Source: Candidatus Babelota bacterium (GTDB lineage Bacteria > Babelota > Babeliae > Babelales > JAUPTZ01). From it: 64,000 nt of DNA. Shown piece by piece: positions 36,005 through 46,967 of this stretch. The position numbers and the translations under genes are program-made. Location: positions 78,605 to 142,604 of the forward strand of contig JAUPTZ010000010.1 in the NCBI GenBank assembly GCA_030917815.1, given 5' to 3'. How positions within the stretch are numbered: the first letter of the stretch is position 1; the number at the start of each line of letters is the position of its first letter. Under the pieces are notes generated by a model, which saw only the letters and a program-made list of their open reading frames with translations, was not told the DNA's origin and did no database searches.

Positions 36005-37261
36005 CTATAGATAGACTCGTCCTAGCAAATTCGCCACTTCGTCACGAGAGAAGAGACGATCTGGCCTTGCCGCTTTCAGTTCGATCTCAAGCTGTGCTTT
36101 TACCGCGCCCCGACGGGCTCTATCTGTACGAAGCTCCGAGACCATTTCACCATGCCTGAAAGCCTCGTTACGCGCTTCTGCCAGCTTGACTCGATCAGCT
36201 CCCGCTTCGCGATTAAGATCTCGCAATATCCGTTGCTCTTCACCAAGCCTCCTGGCAAGAGCATCGTTTTCCTCTTTCGATCTCTTAGCTTGCTCAATCG
36301 CGCTATCTCGCTCAAGCTCCAAAGCAGCAATGTGCCTTGCCGCATCACTCCTATCGTACTCACGAGCACCCAACACAACACGGTGTGCTTCCTGTAAAGC
36401 GGCAAGCTCGGCCTTGCAGGCCCGAAGCTCCTCGCCCATTCCACGCAAATGCTGAGTCAAGGCCCCAATATCATTCCTGCCTTGTTGTGTAAGTTGCTCA
36501 GATTGCACTTTCAATGCCGCAAGCTCGGCCGCTAGCACGTCTCGTTGCCGACCAAGAACCACCTCATTATCCAAGCCTTCTCTTGCAGTTCGCGTAAGAT
36601 CGGCCACCAATGCAGCTCGCTCAACCTGCAAAGCATTAATATCTCGTAACCGATTGCCCGACTCGGTCGCCGTTGCCGCAAGAGCCCTACGCGCTTCATC
36701 CAACTGCGTATTAGCAGCCCTCAACGTCTGGTCAAGCCTATTAATCTCCGCGTTTGCCCCATCACCGTCCAACTGCGCACGTTGCCTCAACGCAGCAAGC
36801 TCGGCCGCTAATGCATCTCGCTCAGTTTGCAACGCATCGTATTGCTGCTGCGCCAGGAGAGCGCCCCCCGCTTGAGCACGCTTCAATTGATCAATCTCTT
36901 CTTGTGCCGACACCATTTGCGCTTTAGCCGCAGCTAGTTCTACAGCAAAGTCGTCTAGCGCTTGCTTTGATAACGCCACAGATTCATCCTTATCTCTTTG
37001 CGTCTGATCGGCTTTCCTTTCTGCCTCTGTCAAGCGACCAGCTATCTCGCTATAACCGAATTGAGTATTTTGGTGCGTCAGCGAAAGAGCCTCAAGCTCT
37101 TGCCGAGTACTATCGTGTGCTCTTAGCGCAGCGGCCAATTCTTGATCTTTTTTCGCTAAGCTGGCAGTTAAAGGATTTTCAGCCTCTTTCTTTGAATCTT
37201 GGTCCCCCGCCCCTGACAATGCAAATCGCACCACTCCAGCGGTAATCACGGCACCGGTCAC
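36005..37261 (-). CDS. Ala/Leu/Glu/Arg-rich coiled-coil protein (418 aa)
   Basis: Long heptad-like sequence with a recurring 'AELAAL' motif. G+C-rich. The GTG start overlaps the upstream stop (GTGA), and the start is uncertain. Confidence 0.55.
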   Translation of the reverse strand: MTGAVITAGVVRFALSGAGDQDSKKEAENPLTASLAKKDQELAAALRAHDSTRQELEALSLTHQNTQFGYSEIAGRLTEAERKADQTQRDKDESVALSKQALDDFAVELAAAKAQMVSAQEEIDQLKRAQAGGALLAQQQYDALQTERDALAAELAALRQRAQLDGDGANAEINRLDQTLRAANTQLDEARRALAATATESGNRLRDINALQVERAALVADLTRTAREGLDNEVVLGRQRDVLAAELAALKVQSEQLTQQGRNDIGALTQHLRGMGEELRACKAELAALQEAHRVVLGAREYDRSDAARHIAALELERDSAIEQAKRSKEENDALARRLGEEQRILRDLNREAGADRVKLAEARNEAFRHGEMVSELRTDRARRGAVKAQLEIELKAARPDRLFSRDEVANLLGRVYL

Positions 37262-37632
37262 CCCGACCGCAAAACGCTTTGCCTTACGAAGATTTTCAAT
37301 CGCTTTTGAAGCACATCACTCGATCGCGCAACATTAGCGGCAGCACGAGAACACGCCGCCTCATCCTCCGGATACTGCGCAGTCCCTTCGGCCGCCTTAA
37401 GCATACGTGTTTGTTGTTTTTCAGCAGCAAGAAGAGCCTTTTTTGCCCTTGAATAGGACACAGCGGCCACTACCACAAGCGCCGCCGCGGTGGTCCCACC
37501 AATCACATCACCAGTACTTGGCGTAAAGGAGAGAAGACCCTCCGATGAGACAGCAAAAATCGAAACCAGAAACACATACAACCTAGATACTTTTTTCACC
37601 GTACCATCCCCATCACAGAAGCAAGAATTCAA
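37258..37632 (-). CDS. small membrane protein (about 113-124 aa)
   Basis: Two hydrophobic segments ('LYVFLVSIFAVSS', 'GGTTAAALVVVAAVSY'). Start is TTG at 37632 or GTG at 37599. It may be the frame-shifted N-terminus of the next ORF. Confidence 0.4.
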   Translation of the reverse strand: MNSCFCDGDGTVKKVSRLYVFLVSIFAVSSEGLLSFTPSTGDVIGGTTAAALVVVAAVSYSRAKKALLAAEKQQTRMLKAAEGTAQYPEDEAACSRAAANVARSSDVLQKRLKIFVRQSVLRSG

Positions 37633-37677
37633 TTTGTACTAGAGATAATGACACAAATATAGGCGGGGCGTCAATTT

Positions 37678-39327
37678 TCAAGCCGCAAAAGGCTTTTTCC
37701 CACCAATAAATTTATCTTTCAATCCCCCCAGCCAGGCAAACGAATTGGGCGAAAACTTCTTAATAAGTAATGCTCCGGCGATAATAACCCCAATTGCTAT
37801 CAGCAGCATGATTTTTTTATTAGGAGCGGCAATACGTGGCTTATGAGCAACCTCTTCCTGCGGATACATATCATCGGCCTCACCCTCCATTAGGCTGCTA
37901 TCTTCCATTGCATCGGCAACGTGGCGAGACTGCTCGGTCCCAAGACCAGGCACTAACGTGTCAAGATCGGCTTTTTCTATAGCAGAGGATTGTTTAAGAA
38001 GCTCCTGCTCAGACGCCGACATTTTTGCAATATCGGCCTGAAGGCGTTGTAAGGCCTCAACACCAGCCATGTCACGAACTACGATATCATAATCGTTCGT
38101 GAGGTAACTGATTTGATCGGCAATACCAATATATTTATCAATCGCCTCTTTATCATCCGGGGTTAATTGCCCATGCGATTTTTCAAACTTCTCCTGAACA
38201 ACCTCGGAGCAACGCATAGCAACACTCATCGGCTCCAGTGCGGCATCTCCCTCAAAAGAAATACCATCCTTTTTAAGCAACTCACCAGCCTGCTTAATCT
38301 GGACATCCAAAGCCTCTTTCAACTTCTTAACCAGCGGCTCACGCTTCAAATCTTGTTTCATTTCTTCCATAGAAAAACTCACCAAAAGAAGTTTGAATTT
38401 TGCTCCCAGCTCCTTATCGCTACCAACAATAACATGTGCCCATTGTGCTAAAGGTACCGCAAGCTGCTCGGCCGTTAAGCGAGATTTTTCTTGCACATAG
38501 GTATTGTATGTCTTAAGAAAATCACCAATTTTTTTGGCAATCGTCAGCGAAGGATCAATCGTGACGCCAATAAGACCTTGAAACACTTTAAACATTACTT
38601 CATTCTCAAGGCCATCAACGTTCGAGCCATATTTTTTCTGTATATGATCTTTAAATTTAGCAATAAAACGGGCTAGCCCACCATTCTGATCAAGTCGCTC
38701 TTTTTCGATATCTTGATGCACCGCAATTGCTTCCTGAAGCTGCTTATGCAAAGTAGCTTTTTGGGCAGCTTTTTGAGCAAAAAGTGCGCATGAGAAAAGA
38801 CGATGTTGTGAGACGGTTGGAATCCCGGGACATGAAAGACGATCGCTGTATTTTTGCGCGCTCTCAATAATTTTTTTGCCATACGTCGCAGCGTCTTCAA
38901 CCGATGCCGGCACTTCAATATCATCGGCCGATTCGGTCTCCGAGTCATCATCATAAGACTCGGTATCACCATCAAGCGAGACCGAAGCAAATCGTGCCTC
39001 ATCGGTGTGCATCGCGGGTGAAGCTACATATTTTCGACTGCTTTCAACTTGCACCATTGCAAGGCTTAGATAAGCTTTAAGGGTTTGCCCTACCGGAGTT
39101 GCCGTAAGCCCAAGCTTCTGTATATTCGCCCACTCAATTTTTAATAATTTTTCTTTATGCTCGGCCGAAAGCATCATATTGTTCATGATCGCATTCACTC
39201 GATTTTCCGCACGAACCTCATGAGATTCTCGTGCTTCCTGTCTTAATGGAGCTCTTGTGAAAGCACTGCCGGCGATAGCACAGAAACTGGCTACCAACAT
39301 AATAGAGTTCATTTTTTGCCACTTCAT
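37678..39327 (-). CDS. exported hypothetical protein with C-terminal TM anchor (549 aa)
   Basis: Signal-like 'MKWQKMNSIMLVASFCAIAGSAFT'. C-terminal 'IMLLIAIGVIIAGALLI'. Confidence 0.6.
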   Translation of the reverse strand: MKWQKMNSIMLVASFCAIAGSAFTRAPLRQEARESHEVRAENRVNAIMNNMMLSAEHKEKLLKIEWANIQKLGLTATPVGQTLKAYLSLAMVQVESSRKYVASPAMHTDEARFASVSLDGDTESYDDDSETESADDIEVPASVEDAATYGKKIIESAQKYSDRLSCPGIPTVSQHRLFSCALFAQKAAQKATLHKQLQEAIAVHQDIEKERLDQNGGLARFIAKFKDHIQKKYGSNVDGLENEVMFKVFQGLIGVTIDPSLTIAKKIGDFLKTYNTYVQEKSRLTAEQLAVPLAQWAHVIVGSDKELGAKFKLLLVSFSMEEMKQDLKREPLVKKLKEALDVQIKQAGELLKKDGISFEGDAALEPMSVAMRCSEVVQEKFEKSHGQLTPDDKEAIDKYIGIADQISYLTNDYDIVVRDMAGVEALQRLQADIAKMSASEQELLKQSSAIEKADLDTLVPGLGTEQSRHVADAMEDSSLMEGEADDMYPQEEVAHKPRIAAPNKKIMLLIAIGVIIAGALLIKKFSPNSFAWLGGLKDKFIGGKKPFAA

Positions 39328-39337
39328 ACATCACCTC

Positions 39338-40798
39338 TTACAACGTTATTCCTATACCACACCACAAATGTAGCGAGTCCAGTACGGTCGGGGTGTGAGC
39401 AAACTCATAGGCAAAACCCAAACGCACGGTACATGTTGCTATATCATGGATAAATGAGCTGTTATAATCAACAAACAAGGTATGCGATGCAACTTGTGGC
39501 ATGGCGCCACTATCAACATCAAATTCAATATCTTGCACGATCGCAGGGCTCGTTGAAATTGCTACATCGAGCGCACTAAAACTATCTGAAATCTTTGGCC
39601 CAGAGAGCCAAAGCGGTAAATCACCAGAATCAAGACCTTGTGGCGATGGCACCGCAAATGTACGCGTTAAAGGCTCGGCGAATGTCACCTGCTCAGCAAC
39701 CCGCCACCAATACATATATCCAACGTTTATGCGGTGCCGCGAAATGCTCATCTCAAGCGCATTAATACTTTGTCCGGTTGCTCCTGGCGTTACTAACGAC
39801 TCACGAAGAAAGAAGTTTCCACCGTTAGCAGCTTTCATCACCACGTTTGCAATATCGGGCCGCAACGCGGTATCCATATAGACCAAGTAACGTGAAAACG
39901 GCTGCCCTTTTAAATCAAATAAACGGGGTTGATGACACGGCAAATGGTACCGATAGCCAAGATGCCCAATGTAAGAAAATAAACAGTTCTTATTCAACTG
40001 ATAAACCGGGGCTACTGTTTTGATACTGCCACCGATCCCAACCGACCCTTGTGAACCAATCAGCGGTTCAAACAAATATTGCCCAGTTGGCCGACCACCA
40101 ACCGGCACTACAATTTCCAGAGCGATTTGCTGCATACTATTTAATGGTCCATCAATATCAAGGCCTAGCTGACATACCATATCATCTAATCCGGTAATAG
40201 ATTGTGGTTCTCCACTCCATTTACCGGCGCGCCAGTTATCCCAGTCAAGCGCCCTTTCAACCGAGCCAAACGCCGATGTCGGGCTCACCTGTGTCGCAGA
40301 ATTTTTAAATTCAGCAACATTCAACGTATGCGTAACATTAACGATAGGCAGCACCACTGCAGCCCACAAACCATCCAAAATATCATCCAAAATATATTGC
40401 GCCCGCAAACAAACACCAATCGCCAACCGTTTTGGTGCAACACTTAGCGTTGATTTATAAAGCGTATCGGTAGCGCTCTGAATATGGAACCAATCAGGAT
40501 TAATATCCCCTTCTTCACCCTCATCAATGATCACCTTGGTACGATCATTACCCAGAAAAAATGGCGCGCTTTTTGTATGATTAAATGACTCTTGATACAA
40601 GAGACTGTGCCCAAAAAGCATCACGCGCTTATGTTCGCGATCATGAGTTGCCAGCAGAGAAAAACCATCGGTGTAGAGCGCCGAAGAACTCATGGAGCGA
40701 GGTATAAATATTGTGCGGGGCTGCTCGCTACGCGCAAGGCACAGGAAGCTACTGCTGACAAACAAAAGCACTAAACATCGGCGCTGAAAGCTCATCAT
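39338..40798 (-). CDS. putative outer-membrane beta-barrel protein (486 aa)
   Basis: Signal-like 'MMSFQRRCLVLLFVSSSFLCLARSE'. Alternating hydrophobic/polar stretches rich in Gly, Tyr and Trp, and an aromatic-rich C-terminus '..GFAYEFA..LHLWCGIGITL'. The fold call is by eye only. Confidence 0.45.
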   Translation of the reverse strand: MMSFQRRCLVLLFVSSSFLCLARSEQPRTIFIPRSMSSSALYTDGFSLLATHDREHKRVMLFGHSLLYQESFNHTKSAPFFLGNDRTKVIIDEGEEGDINPDWFHIQSATDTLYKSTLSVAPKRLAIGVCLRAQYILDDILDGLWAAVVLPIVNVTHTLNVAEFKNSATQVSPTSAFGSVERALDWDNWRAGKWSGEPQSITGLDDMVCQLGLDIDGPLNSMQQIALEIVVPVGGRPTGQYLFEPLIGSQGSVGIGGSIKTVAPVYQLNKNCLFSYIGHLGYRYHLPCHQPRLFDLKGQPFSRYLVYMDTALRPDIANVVMKAANGGNFFLRESLVTPGATGQSINALEMSISRHRINVGYMYWWRVAEQVTFAEPLTRTFAVPSPQGLDSGDLPLWLSGPKISDSFSALDVAISTSPAIVQDIEFDVDSGAMPQVASHTLFVDYNSSFIHDIATCTVRLGFAYEFAHTPTVLDSLHLWCGIGITL

Positions 40799-43473
40799 GC
40801 CATCACCGCGACGCCGGAGCCTGTTATGTGCTCGACCGGGATATTAGGTGTCACCATTCTCGCATTACCGGTCACCATTTTGGCCGGGATAGGAGCTTCT
40901 TTGGTGGCTGATGAGCCCAAATCATATGCAGCATCCATTGCCTTTGCACGACCCTCTCGCGTGAGCGATTGTTCAGCCTTTATAGCCAATAAATAGGTCT
41001 CATCTTCGGCCGGCAGTATAATTTTTGAAGGATCGGTTATTTTTCCATTGAGGGCATCTTCAAGATCTTTTTGCGCCATCTTAATCTTTAATAACAACTG
41101 TCGGTCCACTTCGCTCACTTCGACGATAAGATCTCGTAATGCTTTCTCAATCTTAGAGCCGGCAACTGCTCGCAGCACTTTAACCCATGCTTTATCAAAC
41201 AAAGTACGAATCGCTTTCTGCATACTGCTAATCTTACTATTGGCATACTCGGTCATCCAGTGAGTGTAGACCGTTAATGCCTTAAAACTAAGCAGTAGCT
41301 TGCCGTAACTGCGATCGCTTTCCTGATAAGCAACAAGCATTGATTTTTGAATTTGGCGTGTAAGATCGCCGGTGGTACCCAATGCATTAATGGTTTCATC
41401 AATTGCACCATCCAAATCATTCTTAATGGTAAGCTTATCGGTAATCTGCTGCGAATGCCGTGCAAATACTTTCCCAAAATTAGCAAGCTGTTCGCCAACG
41501 CTACCAAGCGGTGTTGATGATTTAGGTGCCGCCATCTCGGTTGCTTTAATATCACTTCGTAAAACACCATCTTCATCAAAAAGATCAACCGACTCGGTTG
41601 CCACTGTAGCGCCTTGTGCTTTTTTTACGGCCTCTTCTTGGCGCTGATTAACTTCAATCGCCAATAACCGACAATAGATGCAGAGCCACAATAATTTATA
41701 GAGACTTTGATAAACACCTTCAGAACATATTACCTTTGTAGTTGCGCTCTTGGACCCACCGGCTAAAGAAAACGATGCATTAAAAGTAAACGCTTTATGC
41801 GGTGCCCAAACCGCAATCTGATCCATAATAATCTTATAAGAAGCCGCAACTTCAGATCGTGTGCCACTCTTAATACCGAGCAATCCCAGATATCCTCTCA
41901 CAACACCAATCTCTTTAGTAAGCGCCCCAACAACTGTTTTTTTATTTCGTTGCGGCAAGATACCCCACGAAACACCATTTATATAAGAGCAATAGCCTGC
42001 TATTTTTTTATACAGCACAATACCATCAGACACACGGAAACCACTCACCGCTTTCTGTATATTTGGCGCAAGCGAAGCATAATCAAAGAAATCAATATCA
42101 CCAGACAAGATACCCAAGCGGGCCTCAAATGAGCGCCGGCGTTCACGTTCAAACGGCGTTGAGGAGACCGATGGCATAGCACCCTTTGTATCAAATTCAC
42201 CGCCAGGAACTCCCAATGGAATATGCTTACACAACATTTGCCCACGATATTCGCGAGACATAATCGACTGCATATCGGTAAGATCAAGTATTTCGGCTTT
42301 CCCCCGGAAAAATCGCTCTGCAAGTCGATACACAATACCAACTAATATGCTGTACACATGAGAATCATACAGCCAAACCGACAAGGCCTGACTGCCACTA
42401 GGATACTCAAAAACCTTATCAGGAATTCGTACCGACTCAAGACGAGCCTGGAAAAGAAGAAGTGCACTTCCTATTTTGGTTAATTTTTTCTGCACAAATT
42501 CTAGCGCAAGCTGATGAGCTTTGTAACGGGCAGCAACCAACTCTTGGAGCCAGTCGGTTTCATTAAAACTACTTCCCGTCATCTTATCGGTCGGTATCGC
42601 CATCCCCAAATATTCGGCTTTTTCGAGTTCGAAAAGCTGCGCTTCGGTTAATTTATGCTCGCGCGCATACAAAGCAATACGTAGCTCACGAGCTACCTGA
42701 TACTGTATGTCATATTCATTACGATACGCTATTACCATCTCTGCAAAAAATCGATGCAGCGCGTTAAGGTCAGAGAGATCCACCCCATTAACATTTCGTG
42801 CATTAAGCTCATCAAAGGAACGATACCCTAAAACGCTCAATAGCAATACCCCATACGGTGATTTTATGTCGGTTATCTTAAGCATTATTTTAACAAAATC
42901 TTCTCTGGTAACGCTTAAATCAAACTGCATAACCCATCGAACAAAAGATTCACTTGGATCTTTATTTATTTTCTTATCACGCACCGCTTTTTGTACCGCA
43001 CTCAATAGCAAAGTGGTAAATACCTCTTCTTTGCCCTTCGTTTTTTTCAAGGCGGTCCATGCCGCGAGAGATGCTCGACGCACCTGCCTAAAAGCCTCCA
43101 TATGATCGGCATCCATAAACACATAAGCAAGCTCGGCCGCAAGAAGCGAATCTTTTACTTTCCACTTATCTAATGAGCCGCTGCAAAGTGTTTTTAACGG
43201 ATCTTCCCATTCGGCCAATACCGGCATCGATGGCTCACTCTCACTAACCTCTACCGCTTTTTCAGTAGATAACTCTTCAGCCGATTCTTGAGCCTCCTCG
43301 GTCGTATCAAGTTCAACAGGAGAAGGCTTTTTAGACGAACTCAAAATTAAATCAGCAAGACTTGAAGAGCTTGGTGAGTCACTCTCTAAACCATACATGG
43401 CAAGGGCATTCGAAGAAAGCAATGATGTACTACTACAGGCAAAAATTGCCAGAGCCAGAAGCTGATATCTCAT
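40795..43473 (-). CDS. exported hypothetical protein (892 aa)
   Basis: Signal-like 'MRYQLLALAIFACSSTSLLSSNALA', followed by an acidic Ser/Glu-rich linker and a large helical body. There is a 4-nt overlap with the downstream ORF. Confidence 0.6.
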   Translation of the reverse strand: MRYQLLALAIFACSSTSLLSSNALAMYGLESDSPSSSSLADLILSSSKKPSPVELDTTEEAQESAEELSTEKAVEVSESEPSMPVLAEWEDPLKTLCSGSLDKWKVKDSLLAAELAYVFMDADHMEAFRQVRRASLAAWTALKKTKGKEEVFTTLLLSAVQKAVRDKKINKDPSESFVRWVMQFDLSVTREDFVKIMLKITDIKSPYGVLLLSVLGYRSFDELNARNVNGVDLSDLNALHRFFAEMVIAYRNEYDIQYQVARELRIALYAREHKLTEAQLFELEKAEYLGMAIPTDKMTGSSFNETDWLQELVAARYKAHQLALEFVQKKLTKIGSALLLFQARLESVRIPDKVFEYPSGSQALSVWLYDSHVYSILVGIVYRLAERFFRGKAEILDLTDMQSIMSREYRGQMLCKHIPLGVPGGEFDTKGAMPSVSSTPFERERRRSFEARLGILSGDIDFFDYASLAPNIQKAVSGFRVSDGIVLYKKIAGYCSYINGVSWGILPQRNKKTVVGALTKEIGVVRGYLGLLGIKSGTRSEVAASYKIIMDQIAVWAPHKAFTFNASFSLAGGSKSATTKVICSEGVYQSLYKLLWLCIYCRLLAIEVNQRQEEAVKKAQGATVATESVDLFDEDGVLRSDIKATEMAAPKSSTPLGSVGEQLANFGKVFARHSQQITDKLTIKNDLDGAIDETINALGTTGDLTRQIQKSMLVAYQESDRSYGKLLLSFKALTVYTHWMTEYANSKISSMQKAIRTLFDKAWVKVLRAVAGSKIEKALRDLIVEVSEVDRQLLLKIKMAQKDLEDALNGKITDPSKIILPAEDETYLLAIKAEQSLTREGRAKAMDAAYDLGSSATKEAPIPAKMVTGNARMVTPNIPVEHITGSGVAVMA

Positions 43474-43491
43474 ATCAATGACACCTTTTGT

Positions 43492-45090
43492 TTATGCCCA
43501 AGACTCGATCATTCCTGGGGCATACTTGTTAACCAGCACACGAACAATTGGCAGGGTTGCGGCAATACCAGGAAATATACGACTGACTGCACGTAGTCGC
43601 ATCTCAAGCTTCGCACGCAACGGAGTAATTTCTTTGATACGAGAGAGATGCTTGCTCAGGCCCACGGCAACCGATCCAAAAATAGAATTACCCTGCATGT
43701 ATTCTTGCGTACGTAGCATAGTTGATTCACGAAGTAGCGCATTAATACCCACGCGAGTTACACTAGAAGTTAAGTTCTTTTCATCAATAGCGCGCAGCCG
43801 AGCAGTAATTTCATCCAGTGATTCACGAGCCTCATTGAGTGAATACTCTAAATCGGTACGGCCTTGGTCTCTGCTATATGATTCGTGACGCTGATTGGTA
43901 ACAGCAACATAAGCTGCGATCAGATCATTAATATTGCCTTTAACCTTACGCGCTTCGCTCTCATCGCCCAAAGCTTCTTGCCAGTCGATTTTACGTTGCG
44001 CAATCAATTCGGTTTTATCAACAACCTTACCATCTTCTTTCCAAATCGATTTCATTTGCCGATGACATTTTTCAATTCGCCTTTTATACCGATCAGCATC
44101 ATCGAGCGCTTTGATCACCGCATCATCTTTACGCTGCACCATCTCTGCTATGCGTTTATCAAGAATAGCACTACCGCTCAAGCTTCCACTGCTGTTGTCA
44201 CCTTCAAGTACGATAGACTTTTCACCGGCTGCAGTCCCTTGAGCTGCAGTGATACGCTCTTGAAAAATGTTAATTTCTTCCTCTTTCTGCTTTTTAAAAT
44301 CGTTTGCAGAAATTAACCACAGGCCATCAAGCATGCGCCCAAAATCCTTATAGAGATCAATCACTAAATCATAGTAATTTGCCAGGTTATCTCGAGCTTC
44401 ACGAAGATTTTTTTCATTCTCGGCCACAGGGGCCTTAGCTCTATTCTTTACAAACTTATCTAATGAAATTTTGACGTTATCCTTACTCTTACTACCTTCG
44501 CCATTTGCGTCTGGTTCCATTGCTTGCAAGATGGTAATCGTATTTTTTGCCTCATCATAACCATACTGCAACACTTCAATAGGACTCCGCATACGCTCAG
44601 GCATCGTTCGTATTGCCAAAAGAACTTGCCGCTCGCCATCCAATGCAGCACGAACGCGGGCCCAATACGCAAGTTTTTTAAGCGCATCAGCGTCCCCATT
44701 TTTCATAGCACTCAATACCTGCTCCGCCTCTTCAAGCTTCTTTTCAAGAGCGGCTAGATTTCGTTGAATTTCCTCTATTTTTTCTTTCTTAAAGGCTTGC
44801 ATGACCGCTGCAAGATCATCCACCGTTCTAATCTCGCCAGCAGGCACAGCCGGCGCATCTGGTGCTTTAAACAGAGCAGCATCTTTTATCGGATCATGCT
44901 TGTTTGTCTCCATAATACTTGCCGTTACCTCAGCAACATTTCCGCCAGCAGGAGTCTTCGCCGTTGTCGTTGCACTTGAAATCATCGGTTTAACACCCAA
45001 AACAATGGCACCGCTTCCCGAAGGAGTTGCCACCGCATATCCACTCAATAAGCAACTACTTATGCAGGCAATAACTACTCTTTTTTTCAT
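43492..45090 (-). CDS. exported hypothetical coiled-coil protein (532 aa)
   Basis: Signal-like 'MKKRVVIACISSCLLSGYAVA'. Confidence 0.6.
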   Translation of the reverse strand: MKKRVVIACISSCLLSGYAVATPSGSGAIVLGVKPMISSATTTAKTPAGGNVAEVTASIMETNKHDPIKDAALFKAPDAPAVPAGEIRTVDDLAAVMQAFKKEKIEEIQRNLAALEKKLEEAEQVLSAMKNGDADALKKLAYWARVRAALDGERQVLLAIRTMPERMRSPIEVLQYGYDEAKNTITILQAMEPDANGEGSKSKDNVKISLDKFVKNRAKAPVAENEKNLREARDNLANYYDLVIDLYKDFGRMLDGLWLISANDFKKQKEEEINIFQERITAAQGTAAGEKSIVLEGDNSSGSLSGSAILDKRIAEMVQRKDDAVIKALDDADRYKRRIEKCHRQMKSIWKEDGKVVDKTELIAQRKIDWQEALGDESEARKVKGNINDLIAAYVAVTNQRHESYSRDQGRTDLEYSLNEARESLDEITARLRAIDEKNLTSSVTRVGINALLRESTMLRTQEYMQGNSIFGSVAVGLSKHLSRIKEITPLRAKLEMRLRAVSRIFPGIAATLPIVRVLVNKYAPGMIESWA

Positions 45091-45100
45091 ATGCTTTTCC

Positions 45101-46879
45101 TTATGAGGCCTTAACCATCTCAGCTAAATCGCTTGGAATGGTACATCCAGCAAATTTTCCACCTTTTTTCTTGAGGTTATCCAACGCTTCGCGATAAAGA
45201 TTTCCTACACGAGCAGCCGCTTTTTTGTGGCTTTCAAGCGTTCCTTTAATCAAAGTTTTTATGGCATTAGAACATTCTTTGCTATCTTTAAAATACGGAC
45301 CCGCAACCGCATAAAAATCAACGGTCGGCCGCTCAAGAAGTAGACCTAGAGGTAACTTTAAGAAACTCGCCTCAGGATTGTCTAAATAGGCCTGTGCAAA
45401 TTGCTGGCGACGCTCTTTTTCTCTTACCGTCGCCGTTATTTCAGCATTCATCTCGTTGTTACCACGCATTACTTCAAGATATTCCCATAATGCTTGAAAA
45501 AATATTACCGCCACAATTTTAGCGGCATCGGTTGCATCGGTCTCATTGGTACAGTAATAGACGTAGTGATCAGCATGTACCACTTTCGGCAAATCGCCTG
45601 CATACCCAAGTGGCCTACCGGGACCAACCAACGATCTAAAGCTGTCGGTTAACAAGTGAGCATCAACACCAACCGGATTGGTTGAATCTAAATCGTAACG
45701 ACCAAACTCTTTCTGTGCATGCCGCAATACAATATCTTCAATAATGCCCCTCACCACCTCAAATGTTACGCGGCGCTCTGTTTGCTCCGCCTCAGGCAAA
45801 CGGTGCATTTGCATAGCATATAGTTGCGAAATCATTGCTACGCGAACAATGAATGGCTTATCTACCATATCTTGCGTTTCTATTTTGTCCCAATTAATTT
45901 GTTTTTGATTCAAGAAATCGGACAAGGTTTTTGCCTCTTCTGCCGAACGACACTCAAGACCGCTTATTGCAACACCAAGCCCACGCTGAACGCTACCATC
46001 AGGACCAAATTCAATACCATCACCGGTCATAACAAGCTTCCACATACGATCAAGCTTGCGGTGTAAAAACATTTCATCATGCGAAGGATTCAGCGCAGCA
46101 GGAATACACTTACGAGACACATCTCTCAGCAATTGACCAAGCGATGGCATGCAATCTTCAATCGCCGCAGAGATTCCACCAGCAGCGCGACTGTCACGAC
46201 GCCATGCCTTGAACAAACGAAGGGTCAGCACACCAATATCGGCAACATAAGAAAAGCCACGAACGAATCGATCACTGCTTTCTTTTTTATCCAAAAACTT
46301 TTTGCCATAATGCTCACCAGCATGTTTCAGCAAAAGAAAAAGCTTGATTGCATACACCAAGCCCGGAGTTACTTTAAAACTAAAAAGTCGCTCCAGCGGA
46401 TGCCTCTTTTTTCCAGCCTCATCATCTTCACCAAAGAAATCGACCGCACCTTCTCCGTCACCAGAACCGAGCATGTCATCATTAAAAAAGCCGACTAACC
46501 GTTCCTGTGCAATTTTCATAAACATCGTACGCGCTTGCGCTGCAGCCGGAGAAAGCGACCCGTTATCATTCCAGTCAAGATAGACTCGTTGCGGCGCTGG
46601 TAGCGCTAAAAATGGCGAACCAGAACCGGCGCCGCCAAGATCAAACATCACGCCAAACCCTGAGAAGAACGGTAGAGAAAGGCGACCGGTGGTATAAAAA
46701 TCAAGCTCTTTAAGACTCGTCATAAAGCCACTGGTAGACATTTTAATAGGCGATGCTTGGCCACCAGAATTAAGAAATGCTTCAAGTAGTTGCGCCATAG
46801 GCTCAGTGGCCGGTGTAAGCGAGGTAGTAATAGCAAAAAAGCCTAAATAGAAAAACAATCGTAAACGTGTCATAAGCAT
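45101..46879 (-). CDS. exported hypothetical protein (592 aa)
   Basis: Signal-like 'MLMTRLRLFFYLGFFAITTSLTPA'. Confidence 0.6.
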   Translation of the reverse strand: MLMTRLRLFFYLGFFAITTSLTPATEPMAQLLEAFLNSGGQASPIKMSTSGFMTSLKELDFYTTGRLSLPFFSGFGVMFDLGGAGSGSPFLALPAPQRVYLDWNDNGSLSPAAAQARTMFMKIAQERLVGFFNDDMLGSGDGEGAVDFFGEDDEAGKKRHPLERLFSFKVTPGLVYAIKLFLLLKHAGEHYGKKFLDKKESSDRFVRGFSYVADIGVLTLRLFKAWRRDSRAAGGISAAIEDCMPSLGQLLRDVSRKCIPAALNPSHDEMFLHRKLDRMWKLVMTGDGIEFGPDGSVQRGLGVAISGLECRSAEEAKTLSDFLNQKQINWDKIETQDMVDKPFIVRVAMISQLYAMQMHRLPEAEQTERRVTFEVVRGIIEDIVLRHAQKEFGRYDLDSTNPVGVDAHLLTDSFRSLVGPGRPLGYAGDLPKVVHADHYVYYCTNETDATDAAKIVAVIFFQALWEYLEVMRGNNEMNAEITATVREKERRQQFAQAYLDNPEASFLKLPLGLLLERPTVDFYAVAGPYFKDSKECSNAIKTLIKGTLESHKKAAARVGNLYREALDNLKKKGGKFAGCTIPSDLAEMVKAS

Positions 46880-46967
46880 TCCCGTGTTAATGCGATCAAA
46901 GGGATCTTCTAAACGGGGTCATGCTAGCAACAGTGAAAAAGTCGATGCAACAGTTCTGCAATATGAA

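Noticed and set aside
36100-36875. Several antisense or alternative-frame ORFs (36100-36444, 36152-36397, 36186-36455, 36654-36875) within the coiled-coil gene.
   Set aside because: Open frames on both strands are expected in G+C-rich, Ala/Leu/Arg-coding sequence. Only the 418-aa frame has periodic coiled-coil character.
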